Positions 1 through 14,639 of a stretch of 64,000 nt of DNA are shown piece after piece. Source of the DNA: Eledone cirrhosa (Eukaryota). The stretch's first letter is position 1. Each line of letters opens with the position of its first letter. The notes below the pieces were generated by a model that had not been told where the DNA came from, did no database searches, and saw only the letters and a program-made list of their open reading frames with translations. The DNA lies in contig OZ024741.1 of assembly GCA_964016885.1 (NCBI GenBank), positions 318,122,001-318,186,000 on the forward strand, given 5' to 3'. Both the position numbers and the translations under genes were made by a program.

Positions 1-1092
1 TAAACACCATTGTACCATTGAAATATGTATAATAAAATATATATTGTGATTATAAGAATATGTTTCATTTATTAGTATTTTGAATAATATATACATACGT
101 ATTTATGGTGGTGTTTTCTGTAAAAGCACACAGAACTAGTCAAACATTAACTGAGTAAGTTAACAATACATATATGCAATGGCTAAGTTTTATTTTTCAA
201 AGAAATATAATCAGTTATAATGAAGAGGTATTTTATATAAAACCATACATAGAACTAATCAAAATGAATGAACACTCAAAGCATGTGTTCAGATAAACTG
301 TTATATAAACGGAGTTCTGTAAGATGAGATGACATGACACGAAGGTTAACATGTTTGATTCACGACAATCTATTTCCAAGTTCAATCCCATCCTTCTCTG
401 ATGCACATCTCATTCTTGATCAATGACATAAGCAGTAGTGAGAAATCAGGAAAACCTATGGGTGAATGGTGAGTGAAGCCCTTTGTGATGTTTGTTCTGC
501 CTTGAGTTACACTCATGCTTCAGCTTTGAATAAATAAATAAATTCTACTATATGTATTGAGTATACCCCCCTCCCCTATTCCTATCACTATTCCCTCACT
601 TCACACTCATACTAATAATCCTCCTGCTTTCAATTCTTGGCCAATATACTCCTTCTAATCTTATGCTTAATCACATGAACCCTGAAAGATCAGAAACTAC
701 ATAGTGCTCTGAAAACTCTTTATCTTTGCAGTATAGAAGACAATCTCTCTAATAGGCAGATAAATATATTTATTCTGTTTGGAATAGTGTTAAAGCTTTT
801 GTTATGAGTTTTTTCTGCAACAAAATATTTTGGTGATATTTGGTGAATAACATACTTCATATGACCTTTAAAGTCTAATGTTATTATAAAAATATTCTAG
901 AAACAGCTATGGGAATACTATCTATAAAGAAATAATATTTAGAAATTTATATTTCATTGGCTGTTTTTGTTTCTTTGACAAAGCAGAGAACTTGCTGGAA
1001 AGTTTTACTCTCTTAGTTACTTAAATGAGAAGAACCATATTAAGCCTTTGTCACTATATTTTTCATGATATACATTGTATCTCATGATATAT

Positions 1093-1808
1093 TTAATGAT
1101 ATACACCATATCTAATGATATATACCATATCTAATAATATATACCATATCTAATGATATATACCATATCTAATGATATACACCATATCTAATGATATATA
1201 CCATATCTAATGATATACACCATATCTAATGATATATACCATATCTAATGATATATACCATATCTAATGATATACACAGTATCTAATGATATATACCATA
1301 TCTAATGATATACACCATATCTAATGATATATACCATATCTAATGATATATACCATATCTAATGATATACACAGTATCTAATGATATATACCATATCTAA
1401 GGATATACACCATATCTAATGATATACACAGTATCTAATGATATACACCATATCTAATGATATACACAGTATCTAATTATATATACAATATCTAATGATA
1501 TATACCATATCTAATGATATATACACAGTATCTAATGATATATGCTATATCTAATGATATGCACCATATGTAATGATATACTCAGTATCTAATGATATAC
1601 ACAGTATCTAATGATATACACCATATCTAATGATATATACCATATCTAATGATATACACAGTATCTAATGATATACACAGTATCTAATGATATACACAGT
1701 ATCTAATGATATACACCATATCTAATCATATATATCATATCTAATGATATATACAGTATCTAATGATATGTACCATATGTAATGATATATACAGTATCTA
1801 ATGATACA
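1093..1808. repeat. Minisatellite, ~19-bp unit (ATCTAATGATATA(C/T)ACCAT and CAGT variants), roughly 37 copies
   Basis: Directly visible tandem array. Confidence 0.95.
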
Positions 1809-1849
1809 CACTGGCCTGTCCCTCATAATGGTGCCACCCAGTTCCACAC

Positions 1850-2037
1850 TGTAGATGTGGTTGGTGTTAGGAAGGGCATCCAGCCATAAAATACCCGGCC
1901 AAATTTACTTCAGTCCAGCTGGAGCAAGGTGTCGCATGGCCAACTCTGGCCTGGCTTGTCTCCCAACTTGGACGACCCGTCTAACCCATACAATCATGGA
2001 AAAAATGGATGCTAAATGATGATGATGATGATGATGA
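1850..2037 (+). mobile_element. 3' part of a SINE-like repeat ending in an (ATG)n tail
   Basis: GGTTGGTGTTAGGAAGGGCATCCAGCC...CCGTCTAACCCAT...ATGGAAAA..GGATGCTAAATGATGATG; the same tail recurs tail-to-tail at 10485-10590. Confidence 0.6.
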
Positions 2038-2411
2038 TACATACATACATACACTCATGCGTGCATCCATCCACACGCACATCTTTATATACATACATAC
2101 ATACCCATGCAGGCATCCACCCATCCAGACACACATCTATACATACACACATACATAGTTACATACATACATTACATAAATATCTATACATAGATTACAC
2201 ACACATACACACATGCACATACTTCCATTTCTATAGAAATATATTGGAATTCTGATTAATATTAATGAAAGAGCAGCAGAATTTCATGTTTCAAAATATT
2301 TCCCTTCTATAATTTTGCAAAAAATTTTGAAGAACACACACACACACACACTCTTTCTCTCTCTTTCATGCACACACACATACACACACAGACACATACA
2401 CACACACATAG

Positions 2412-2443
<32 letters not shown>

Positions 2444-2744
2444 ATATTTCCCTCCATTTTTTTTTTAAAAGAATCCCAAGTAAAAGAAGCCCACCAATGC
2501 TGGAAAATGTTTTATTGACGCTAGTATAGAATTACCACTTGCTGTTTATGCATGAATGAACAACGAGGCAGTGTATCAGTGTGTCTGCCAAGCTAGCAGA
2601 TCAATTGTTAACCATTGATTGGAAATTTAGGCAAATTTTCTCCTGACTCAGTTTTTCTAACTAGTTTCATCAGCCACTGGCTAGAAAAAAACATGAAACC
2701 TCTGTCTGTCTGTCTGTCTTTCTATCTATCTATATAGCGATTGT

Positions 2745-2970
2745 TGTAATTGTTTGTTTTTATATTTTTTACACGACTGTATGTAAAATCCCCAGCATGT
2801 ATTTGTATTGTCCCCCTTTCTTGTGCGCCCTTGTGGCTAATAAAGAAATATATCTATATAACTACCTGCTTGCCTATCTATCTATATTATTATGTTAAAA
2901 TTTTTTACACGATTGTATATAAAATCCCCACCATATGTCTTTGTGTGCCCTTGTGGCAAATAAAGAAATC
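2745..2970 (+). mobile_element. Two tandem 3'-UTR remnants of Tx1-type LINEs
   Basis: Both end GCCCTTGTGGC(T/A)AATAAAGAAAT, matching the 3' termini of the full-length Tx1 copies (CCCTTGTGG(TT/CC)AATAAA..GAAA). Confidence 0.65.
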
Positions 2971-4289
2971 TATCTATCTATCTATCTATATACTTATCTA
3001 AAGATATCTATCTATCTATCTAGCTATCTCTGTGTGAAGTGCAAATAATTTACACATATGTATGTATGCGTGTATATGTATATACATATATATATGAAAC
3101 CAAAAGGAGGCAAGATAATGCAAAGGAAATTGTTTCTTCAAATTTCATTAAAAAAAAAAATGTTAAAAATAACAAACATTCATGTATATATATATTTCTT
3201 ATAGCTGTCAGGAGAAATGTTATGTTGGTGCCATGTTAGAGTGCATTAGTTGCATTAGAGTATACTAGGCTTTGCAGTATTTGCACCTCTTTTGTGCATT
3301 ATATTACACCAATAAATAATCAACAGTTTTGCAAATATGTAAAAGGAAATATTTCGAAAGTTGAGTGTATGTATGTATGTATGTGTATTTGTATGTGTGT
3401 GAATGTGTGTGTGTTGTGTTGTCTTTTTCTCTTACTCTCGGGTCCCAAATAATAGGGGTGGTTGGAATAAGCAGGGTGAGGGAGAGGTGAGGTGGTGGGT
3501 GTAAAATCAGTAATTCTTCTAGTTTGTCTCCATTGATTTTTTTGAAAAACCAGAATTAGTCATTTAGTTTACATATTGAGATCCCAACCCATCCTATTTA
3601 TTTTATAATGTATGAGGTTTCTAGTCATGTTCTTTTTTGTCACGTAGAATGTTTTTTAATGTCAAAAGAAAATTAATTGTTGCAGGAATGCTACCACTTA
3701 AAATAAGATTTTGCCGGAGATAGATTAGCAAAATTTAATGTTTGTGTGCGTGTGTGTATGTGTTTTAAGTATAGATCTATAAATGCATCTATGTATGTGT
3801 GCAAGTATGTATTTATGTATGTAAATATGTATGTATGTATGTGTATGAATGTATGAATGCCTGAATGTATGTGTGTATGAATGCCTGAATGTATGTGTGT
3901 ATGTATGCATTTATGTCTATGTATGTTTTTATTTATTTATTTTTTGAATGATCTCACCGACACTTTATATGGCTGAACTACGTTTTTAACCATGGAAAAA
4001 TACATGTCAAGAGAAGACAAGACCTTGAGTTGCATACAGTTCTACCATCCACCCTTGAGAACTTCTGTCTTGCATGTTTTATGATACACATGTCTGGTCT
4101 ATCAGTGGGGCACTGAAAATCCCTGTTAGTTAAATACACAAGGATGTAGCTCCTGTTAATAGTGTATCGGTCCAAATTTCATGTCACATCTGCCATGAAT
4201 AGTACAAGACAACATTGAGGTACAGTAGTCATCAGAAAATAAACAAACATCCAATACAGACTTATGACTGCCATTAAATGGCAGTTCCC

Positions 4290-4470
4290 AGGGAAATTCA
4301 GTATGACACAGTGTGTGATAAGGCCGGCCCTTTGAATTTCAGGTACAACTCATTTTTAACAACTGAGTGAACTGGAGTCATGAGAAATACAGTGCCATGT
4401 TCAAGGATTACCGGGAATCAAACTCATGATCTTACAGTTGTGATCTTACCCCCTAAACACTAAGCCATGC
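4290..4470 (-). mobile_element. Diverged tRNA-derived SINE (second family)
   Basis: Minus strand has A-box-like GCATGGCTTAGTG and B-box-like GAGTTTGATTCC followed by CTCCAGTTCACTCAG; related pieces at about 33220-33600, 51860-52050, 53515-53660 and 58300-58610. Confidence 0.55.
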
Positions 4471-4874
4471 CAATCCATCGGCCTTTATCAGCATCATCAA
4501 TAATAACCAGCAGTAGTAGAAAATAGAGTCAACAAAAATAAGAACCATGAGTATATACACAACGTAGTAGAGAAACTAGTTTAAATATTTGCCAGCTGTA
4601 ATTATATTTGAAAGTGTTTCATTTGCTGAGCCAGAGGATTACGGGGGGGGGGGGGGGGATAAGGAGGAGGAAATAAAGGTGAAGTAGGAGGAGGAGGAGG
4701 AGATAAAGAAAGTGAATAATAATAATAATAATAATGAAGAAGAAAGCAATGAAAATAGATGAAAAAGGATAAAGAAAGGAAAGATCAGGGTTTTTAATGG
4801 CAACAACCGAGAAAAAACTATGATGATAAACAGTTGAGGTTTCTGACTTATTACATAAATTGTATAGTTTGAAT

Positions 4875-5425
4875 GTGGTGGTGTAGTGGTGGTGGTGGTG
4901 TAGTGGTGGTGGGTGTAGTGGTGGTGGTGGTGTAGTGGTGGTGGTGGTGTAGTGGTGGGTGTAGTGGTGGTGGGTGTGGTGGTGGGTGTAGTGGTGGGTG
5001 TAGTGGTGGGTGTAGTGGTGGTGGGTGTGGTGGTGGTGGTGGTGTAGTGGTGGTGGTGGTGGGTGTGGTGGTGGGTGTGGTGGTGTAGTGGTGGTGGTGG
5101 TGTAGTGGTGGTGGATGTGGTGGTGGGTGTGGTGGTGGTGGTGGTGGTGGGTGTAGTGGTGGGTGTAGTGGGTGTGGTGGTGGGTATAGTGGTGGGTGTG
5201 GTGGTGGTGGGTGTGGTGGTGGGTGTAGTGGTGGTGGGTGTGGTAGTGGTGGTGGGTATGGTGGTGGGTGTGGTGGTGGTGGTGTAGTGGTGGTGGTGGT
5301 GTAGTGGTGGTGGGTGTGGTGGTGGGTGTATTGGTGGTGATGGTGGTGGTGGTGGGTGTGGTAGTGGTGGTGAGTATGGTGGTGGTGGGTGTGGCGGCGC
5401 TGGTGGTTGTGGTGGAGGGGGTGGG
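4875..5425. repeat. (GGT)n/GTGGTGTA low-complexity tract
   Basis: Directly visible. Confidence 0.95.
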
Positions 5426-5597
5426 GTGTATCTTGTTGAGGGAGAGGTCGGAGAGACGGAGGGGATTAAAGTAGAAAGATGGAGAAAAAATAAAGTTAAA
5501 GTATGATAGGTACAGAATAAAGTAAGGGGACAACATATAGGTGAGAAGGAAAAGACGAAGAGAGGCAGAGAGACTGAAAGATGAAAAGAGGGAGAAA

Positions 5598-5656
5598 TAG
5601 TAGTAGTAGTAGTAGTAGTAGGAAGAGGAGAGAGAGAGAGAGTGAGAGGGAGATAG

Positions 5657-5689
<33 letters not shown>

Positions 5690-5964
5690 TAGAGATAGAG
5701 AGATAGATAGATAGAGAGATATATAGATAGAGAGATAGAGAGATAGATAGATAGATAGATAGAGAGAGAGGGAGATAGATAGATAGATAGATAGAGAGAG
5801 AGGGAGATAGATAGATAGAGAGAGATAGATAGATAGAGATAGATAGATAGATAGAGAGAGATAGAGATAGATATATAGATAGAGATAGAGAGATAGAGAT
5901 AGATAGATAGAGAGAGAGAGATAGAGATAGATAGAGAGAGATAGAGATAGAGAGATAGAGATAG

Positions 5965-5995
<31 letters not shown>
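5598..5995. repeat. Compound (TAG)n-(GA)n-(GATA)n microsatellite
   Basis: Directly visible. Confidence 0.95.
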
Positions 5996-6896
5996 AAATG
6001 GAATGAGAAAGTGGAGGAGAAAATGAAGAAAGGTAGAAAGGCCGAAAGAGATGGAAAATAGGAGGGATAGGCAGAGGAAAGAAAAGAGATAACAATGAGG
6101 GAGAGGGAGGGAGGGAAGGAGGTAATAACAATAAAAGGTGGGGTAACAATAAGAGGGGGAAGTAGCAATGTGAGAGGGAGGAGGAAAAGGTAACACTGAG
6201 AAGGAAGAAGAGGCATGGGGTAAAAATAGTTAATGCTAAAGAGAGTTGGAAGTATTTACAAAGGCCGGATAGAGTCTCCGGAAGTCTCAGAAAACCATGG
6301 ATGTGCATCTGGAAGGTTCCAGTTCAGTGTGAAGGCCAAGACCAGATTTCTCCTGGAAGACCAGCAGTCGCCCAGCTCTACATATCTTCCCTTCTCCATA
6401 CCACTGTTGTTGTCCATGGGAAAGACAAAGGCTGGTACAGCATGGCACCAATGATGTCACAACTCATATATACTTCTCCCCTCCCCCCTCTCTATTTATA
6501 TATATATATATATAATGTCTTTCCACCACTTCCCCGCACACCCTCGGAACTCTCTTCCTGCCCACTTTTCTCCTGATGCCCCCCCCCCCACTCTCAAGCG
6601 TGAAACTATTAACATTTGTACTGCCTCTTCGCTTCCACGTTGTTTTTTTGTTTTCTGTTTACTGTCATATATATATATACCATTATATCTAATTTTAATT
6701 CTATAATAAATAGACGTACGGATTTATTTTCGCTCTGCCTGCATAAATCCCATAGAACTTTCCATAAAGTATACAGCTAATATCTCAATACCTAATTAGT
6801 TTAAAATCTTCTTTTCTCAAAGACTTTTATATCTTTTACAAATATACCCATCTTTCTACCTTATTTCAGTATATTATATTATAAACATATATTTTA

Positions 6897-7016
6897 CAGT
6901 CTGAGTTCAAATCCCGCCGAGGTTAACTTTGCCTTTCATCCTTACGGGGTTGATAAAATAAAGTACCAGTAATGTACTGAGTAATTGCTGGCCTTGTGCC
7001 TAAAGTAGAAACAATT
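6897..7016 (+). mobile_element. 5'-truncated tRNA-derived SINE (main family) with ~20-bp target-site duplication
   Basis: B box GAGTTCAAATCC, core GCCGAGGTTAACTTTGCCTTTCATCCTTACGGGG, tail GGCCTTGTGCCTAAAGTAGAAAC; ATTATATTATAAACATATAT at 6873-6892 and 7014-7033. Confidence 0.85.
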
Positions 7017-7636
7017 ATATTATAAACATATATACTTTTTGACGTTAGATATTTTTTCTTCCTTAAATTTTCTTCTATCTTCTCTCCTTCCGTGCTTGTA
7101 TTAAACCTATTATTTATTTTTACATATTACAATACATAAAAACTAACTTAAACCCTAACTACTTCCTCTAAGTTCATAATTCATTCAATCTCTCCCTTCT
7201 TTCACATTATATCCTTAATATCCTTAATATTTTAAGTTTAATAATACATATTAATAAATTCTTTTTTTTTTCGCACATATTATTAAACCCTTCAATATAT
7301 ATCTATATATAGTGTAGGTGATTCAGTGAAATACTGGTGGTGGTACCAAAACATGCACTCTATGCACAGGGAGAGTGTAAATATAAAAAAAACCCTGATG
7401 AAGTTTCGTTTATATGTATTTAGATTTTTATTGTGTATTGACCTGTTACGCGCGTTTCGCAGAGGATTGGCTCTGGGTCAAATAATTTTTTAAATAACTA
7501 AAACGTCTTGGGTGGTGGTTGGGAATTTAGTAATATAACGAATTTTCTCATTATTAAGCTGCTATTTGGAACATAACTTGACAAAGGTTCTTATATAGAA
7601 ATTATGACGAAAAAAAAATAGATATAAACTTTTTAA

Positions 7637-7871
7637 CCATTAGATTGCAATTTTCTAATGAAAAGTACTACCTAGGATTTTCAAATTATTTTGAAAACAA
7701 TGAAGAATTTTTGGGGTAGGATGGGGGTGGATTTAGCATTATAATTAACTTCGCATTATTAAGTTAGTGTTTGGAACATAACTTGACAAAGGTTACATGG
7801 AACTAAATAAAACATTTTAACACAAAAAGGTTTTGCATTATAGAACCAGAAACGGTTTGGTATCAAAATGG
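7637..7871. mobile_element. piggyBac-like MITE (a partial second copy lies at ~7500-7610)
   Basis: TTAA on both sides, termini CCATT...AATGG; internal CATTATTAAG..TTTGGAACATAACTTGACAAAGGTT is duplicated upstream. Confidence 0.5.
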
Positions 7872-8529
7872 TTAAATAAGAATTTTAGTTTCATCTGGTT
7901 TCTATATAAAACAACAGCAAGTCATTCATTGATTTAATTCCTGGTTCCATGGCAGAATGAACAGTACAAGGAATGACTACCAAGAAGGTTTATTGCTTTG
8001 TTTGTCCTCCTGATACGAATGATTCCATTGAACAAATTTATTCAGAATGCAAATGTAAAATTTAAATAGAAACGTCGTGCTTATTTAAGGTGAAAAGAAC
8101 CACCACATTTGAAATTTAATTGACACATTTCCGCATAAAACACCGTGAAATATGTCAATAAAAACATACAACAGATTCTTGAAGCAGAAAAAAAAAAAGA
8201 ATATAAAATAATGCTGAAAAAAATAAATAGTAAAGCAAAGCCAACCAACAAACAGTGATGAGGTGTTTGTATTGCGACACTATTAATACCACTGTTTGAT
8301 TGGATGGAGCGAGTGATGTCAATGGAAAGCTATAAAAAGCAACTTTTATGCCCAAAATATCATTCATGTTAGAAATAATGAGACTTTTTCTTTCTCGCAT
8401 AAATTTATAATGATATTAAAAATATCTATCATTTTATCTACCAATCTCTGGTTATAATAGAGGTTATAGAATGAAGTAGAAGAGCATGTGCAGAAAACAA
8501 GATAATTATACCCTTTCACAGACGACCAT

Positions 8530-10137
<1,608 letters not shown>

Positions 10138-10729
10138 ACGCGCATATACACATGCATCCACACACAGACGATTAGTCTGATATATAAAACACATATATAA
10201 CATACACACTCCTAAATCATATAAATAAAATAGATATATGGTACGCAGACAGACATGCACACACATACTTCAATATAATTTAATTACTTTTACAAAAGTA
10301 CATGTTTCAAATTTTTAATTTTCACTAGCAACTCATAATATATGTAATTATATATATATATATTTATAAAAAACAAAAACAAGGAGTACAGTTACAAAAA
10401 GTGTTTGGTATTAGGTTCACGCTTTAGAGTGTGGGGGTGGGGGTTGGGATTAGGGTTAGGGTGGTTGTGTATATATAAATGCATGTATGCCAGCATGGAA
10501 AACAGACATGAAAATAATGATAATGATTACATATATCATCATCATCATTTTTACGTCCGCTTCTTCATGCTGGCCTAGGTTGGACGGGTCCTTTTCAGCA
10601 CGACATCTCTCAACTTGTCACGTTCCTTCGCCATCTCTTGCTTCATTTCTCTCCTGACTACGCTTGTCTTCTGCATATATATATGAATAGCTGAGTTTCT
10701 TTTTGCAATGTTATTCCTTAATTGAGATG

Positions 10730-10928
10730 TGAAGCTGGGTGGTTGAGGAGCCAGAGCTCGCAATTTGGAACTGTTGACGTGAAGGCCCCTACGACCCAGT
10801 TATTCGCGATTGCAAGGACCTTGACCTTGTTTGGAGGACCCCCCGCCCAAACAAGCATCCTCCAGATACCAGACATTCAAATCCAGGTCAACTCCCATCT
10901 CGGTGACGTCATCAATGCCCAGTGCAAA
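10730..10928 (-). pseudogene. Decayed reverse-transcriptase fragment, CRE/SLACS-like non-LTR element
   Basis: Minus-strand translation FALGIDDVTEMGVDLDLNVWYLEDACLGG then, after frameshifts, GLHVNSSK-CELW; resembles the CRE-clade NVWYLDDGTLGG ... GL.LN.SKCEL motifs. Confidence 0.55.
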
Positions 10929-11139
10929 AATTATATATATGTTAGAACTCAATGTGGTGTTGTTATAAATATCTCATCGAAGCAAAGTGAAATCTGTTTT
11001 CTGGAAATATGATATTCCTGTATATGTCATTGAGTTTTCAAAACTAGAGTTTGATATATAACGTTAAACAATGAAAGAATAAGACAAGGTAGAGTAGTTA
11101 CTTCACTCATTCTTTTATAATCGTTTCATTATCGATGTT

Positions 11140-11435
11140 ATTGGTGTACATTGAATTGGTGTGCCCTGAGTGTGGAAAGATTTGTTTGAGCAAATCTGGT
11201 CTCAGGAGCCACCGTAGCAGCTATGTTCAAAGAGAACCAGTGAACTATGATCTCCAAGGTATTGTGAAGGTTCGCAGGCAACCTGATGCAAGGCATGAGG
11301 CCAGGGAGATCCACAGTTGTCGTTAATGTGCGAAGGAGTGTACGTCTCTAGCAGGCTTAAAAAGCCATATCCGAGCGTCACACATCGGAATCTGACAAGC
11401 GATTGCAATACTCTTAACAAGAGTTTGCAGCCATC
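11140..11435 (+). mobile_element. 3' end of an RTE-type LINE (C-terminal Zn finger plus 3' UTR) ending in (ATGT)n
   Basis: CPECGKICLSKSGLRSH C2H-type finger; terminal stem-loop ACTC-TTAACAA-GAGT then TTGCAGCCATC(ATGT)n. Confidence 0.55.
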
Positions 11436-11510
11436 ATGTATGTATGTATGTATGTATGTATGTATGTATGTATGTATGTATGTATGTATGTATGTATGTA
11501 TGTATGTATG

Positions 11511-11796
11511 GTCGGGTCGTTGGCGACTAAACTGGCAACCCCACCAAGGTTTCTTGGTGAGGAGGGTGACTTTGGACATCCTGCAGGACTAAAAACAAAA
11601 CCTGTCAAAAGGCAAAGGAGCTCTTAAGAGTCAATGGCCATCCAAAATCACCGGGAGAGATGACCCCTTACCCTTTGTCAATGCAGAATTCTAGGAGAAG
11701 GAAAACTCTGATATAACACCTGCAACCCTGATGGTATCCAATGATGTTGACTTAATGTTGACAGTGGCCGTACTCGAAAACGAGTTGGCAGCCACC
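11511..11796 (+). mobile_element. Non-autonomous RTE-related element between (ATGT)n tracts (internally deleted copy)
   Basis: Near-identical to 41168-41719 apart from a missing internal ~270 bp; contains CTGGCAACCCC and AGGAGAAGGAAAACTCTGA; tail ACTCGAAAACGAGTTGGCAGCCACC(ATGT). Confidence 0.75.
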
Positions 11797-12362
11797 ATGT
11801 ATGTATGAATGTATGGATGGATGGATGTCCATGTCTGTGTTTACATATGAGTATGTTTGTATTTAAGTCCTATAACTTAGTGGTTAAAAAAAGAAAAAAA
11901 AGGAGATCAGTAAAATATGTACCACACTTGAAAACAAAAGCAAAAAAAAAATAAAAGAAAAGAAAATAACTAAATACTGGAGTTGATATAATCGACTAAA
12001 ATCTCTTCCAGGTGGCATTGCCCCAGCATGGCCAGTCTAACGACTGAGAATCAGTCTTGTCCGCGGGGTGCACCCCACACACCGTGCCTCCCTAGGTTTA
12101 GAACCCTCCCCCCGCCCTTTCTTCTGTGGCCTAAGAGTCCTTGCTTTTTACCTCCCTTTCCTTTCATTTATGGCATTTATAGTCCTTTCCTCTACAGCCA
12201 GATCTGCCCTTCTTCACCCCTTCCCTTTTTGGTGATTACTTAATTTTGTTTTTATCTTCTTTTTTCATTTTTATGTAATTTTATGTAACCAATGGTTTTT
12301 ATGTCAACTTTGTGAGTGAAACACATATATTGGGGATAAACATTTATTTTCTTTAATTTAAG

Positions 12363-12396
<34 letters not shown>

Positions 12397-12397
12397 C

Positions 12398-12708
<311 letters not shown>

Positions 12709-12751
12709 TATAAATCAATGAATATAAGGATCACAGGAAGAATATACTCAC

Positions 12752-12961
12752 CTAAAAGTCCTTTCAAACGGTATAGATTTTTTTCTGAAAGTTCTTGAAA
12801 TCGATCCCAGCTGGCATAGTTTTCTGGTATGGGGTTATCTCTCACCCAATTCCCACATGTATATTGATAGAAATCGTGACATGGATCAACAGTAGTATCC
12901 ATTGCAGTTAATATTGATCCTGCAGCCGAAATACATTCTGGGCTCGAACAATAAGGGTCAT
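12752..12961 (-). CDS. ECE: M13 metallopeptidase (ECE/neprilysin-like) coding exon, start of the ectodomain
   Basis: DDPYCSSPECISAAGSILTAMDTTVDPCHDFYQYTCGNWVRDNPIP...WDRFQEL matches the M13 C..C...DPC.DFY..ACG.W motif; acceptor ttacAG, donor GTgagt; 210 bp, phase 1 to phase 1. Confidence 0.93.
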
Positions 12962-13078
12962 CTGTAATACAAATAGGGTTATGTGTAAGGACCAGTGTGT
13001 ATGTGTACATGTCTAAGGGCCTGTATGTATATGTACTTGTCTAAGGGCCTGTGTGCACGTATGTATACACACACACAC

Positions 13079-13124
<46 letters not shown>

Positions 13125-13649
13125 ATATATATATATAACGAAGGAGGTGTGGTAAGGAACCAGATGGACCAAAACGTGAGTCCAGAAATAGCCGTCGAAA
13201 CGCCTTGAGCTCTGCCGTCGGGGTCAAACTTTTTCCTATATATATATTATATATATATATATATGAAAATGTATACATTTACAGAGTCAGTATGTATATG
13301 CCCGAGAGACAGAATGTATATGTATATGAGTATGCGTCTGTATGTGTTGATGTCAGCACACACACACATATGTATATACATATATATATATATGTGTGTG
13401 TGTGTGTATGTGTGTGTGTGTAAGGGTTAGTATATATGTATATGTGTATTTGCCAGCATGTATATGTGTATGTGTAGAAGTCAGTTAGTATGTGTAGATG
13501 CTTGTATGTGTATGTGTAAGAGTCAATATGTATATAAGTATGTGCATGTGTCAGTATATTTTGATATTCGAAAACAAAAGCATTTTAATTTTCAATGTAT
13601 AAGAGAATTAAAGAATAAGGTTATCTCTGACTTGCACTTGATAGGTTTG

Positions 13650-14392
13650 CTACCAAGTGCTGCGTGGCTTGTATGAAGATCAGTGCTGCGAATACTGAGA
13701 CACTCGTCCTCTCAAGGAAGCCTGCGAAGTGCACTCTACATCTAAATGGAGTTCCACTGAAGCAGGTGGAGAAGTTCAAGTATCTCAGACCCGTGTTCAC
13801 GAGTGATAGAAGGCAGGGGGCTGAATTAAGTGTAAGAATTGCAGGAGCTGGCGCATTACATCACCAGCTCCTGAAATTCTTGCATTTCGGTAATTAGAAG
13901 AAGGGAGCTAGATGTAAAAGCCAAACTATTTTCAATTTATTATTCGTGCCAACCCTTACCTATGGTCATAAATCTTAGGTAATGAAAGAATACGATCACG
14001 AATACAAGCGGCCAAAATGGGGTTCCTCCGAAGGGTGTTTGGAGTAACGTTACTCGATAGAGTACGAAGCTCGGAGATCAGTGTGTCATTCCAGGTAGAG
14101 CCGCTACTTCTCCGAATTGAGAGATCACAGCTCCGATATTATGGACATGTAGTTAGAATGTCTTAGGAAATAATCGTTGGACATATTTTTACAAGCAAAA
14201 CCAACTGGCAGGAGATCCAGGGGTAGATTCCGAGCAAGATGGTCGGATAACATCCATGAGCTTGGCTGGTCAGGCTTGGGGATCCAGCCGGATCAGTTGT
14301 TGACGGTTGCTTCTGACAGGACCTGTTGGAAGGAGTGTTTGAAGACTCAGCTCCCACGACCCTCTCAGGAATAAATGGGCGAAGAAGGTAAT
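13650..14392 (+). mobile_element. 5'-truncated RTE (Expander/Rex3-like) LINE, decayed ORF2 C-terminus
   Basis: QVEKFKYL, PTLTYG, IQAA.MGFLRRV.GVTLLDRVRS, QLRYYGHV.RM, GRRSRGR..ARW with stops and frameshifts. Confidence 0.85.
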
Positions 14393-14428
14393 ATAATAAG
14401 CAGAGAAGAAAGGAATAGACTGTCTTAC

Positions 14429-14639
14429 CAGGCGGCTCTTTTGATCGAACCAATGCTACGGCTAGGGCAATAATCACAACCAAGAAAAGCACCAGTATTA
14501 CTGCAAGAAATTTTTCCAGGGCACTGCGGTTTCTCACACATTGGGGATTGAAGATGGTGACGTCATAGTCTTCCATGAGGTCGTCATCATCGGAGTCGGT
14601 GGTTCGCGACTCGGACCGGCTGAATGGACGTTCTGACAT
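14429..14639 (-). CDS. ECE: M13 metallopeptidase exon: cytoplasmic tail and type II transmembrane helix
   Basis: MSERPF...RSALEKFLAVILVLFLVVIIALAVALVRSKEPP; acceptor tttacAG directly before the ATG, donor GTaaga; ends in phase 1, compatible with the 12961 exon. Confidence 0.88.

Noticed and set aside
1093-1808. Regular repeat array as a possible CRISPR
   Set aside because: Units are contiguous with no unique spacers, there are no cas genes, and the context is eukaryotic.
4619-6308. 525-aa mucin-like or poly-His ORFs
   Set aside because: Translations of (GGT)n and (GATA)n repeats.
10440-10462. TTAGGG telomeric repeat
   Set aside because: Only about two perfect units; too short to call an interstitial telomere.
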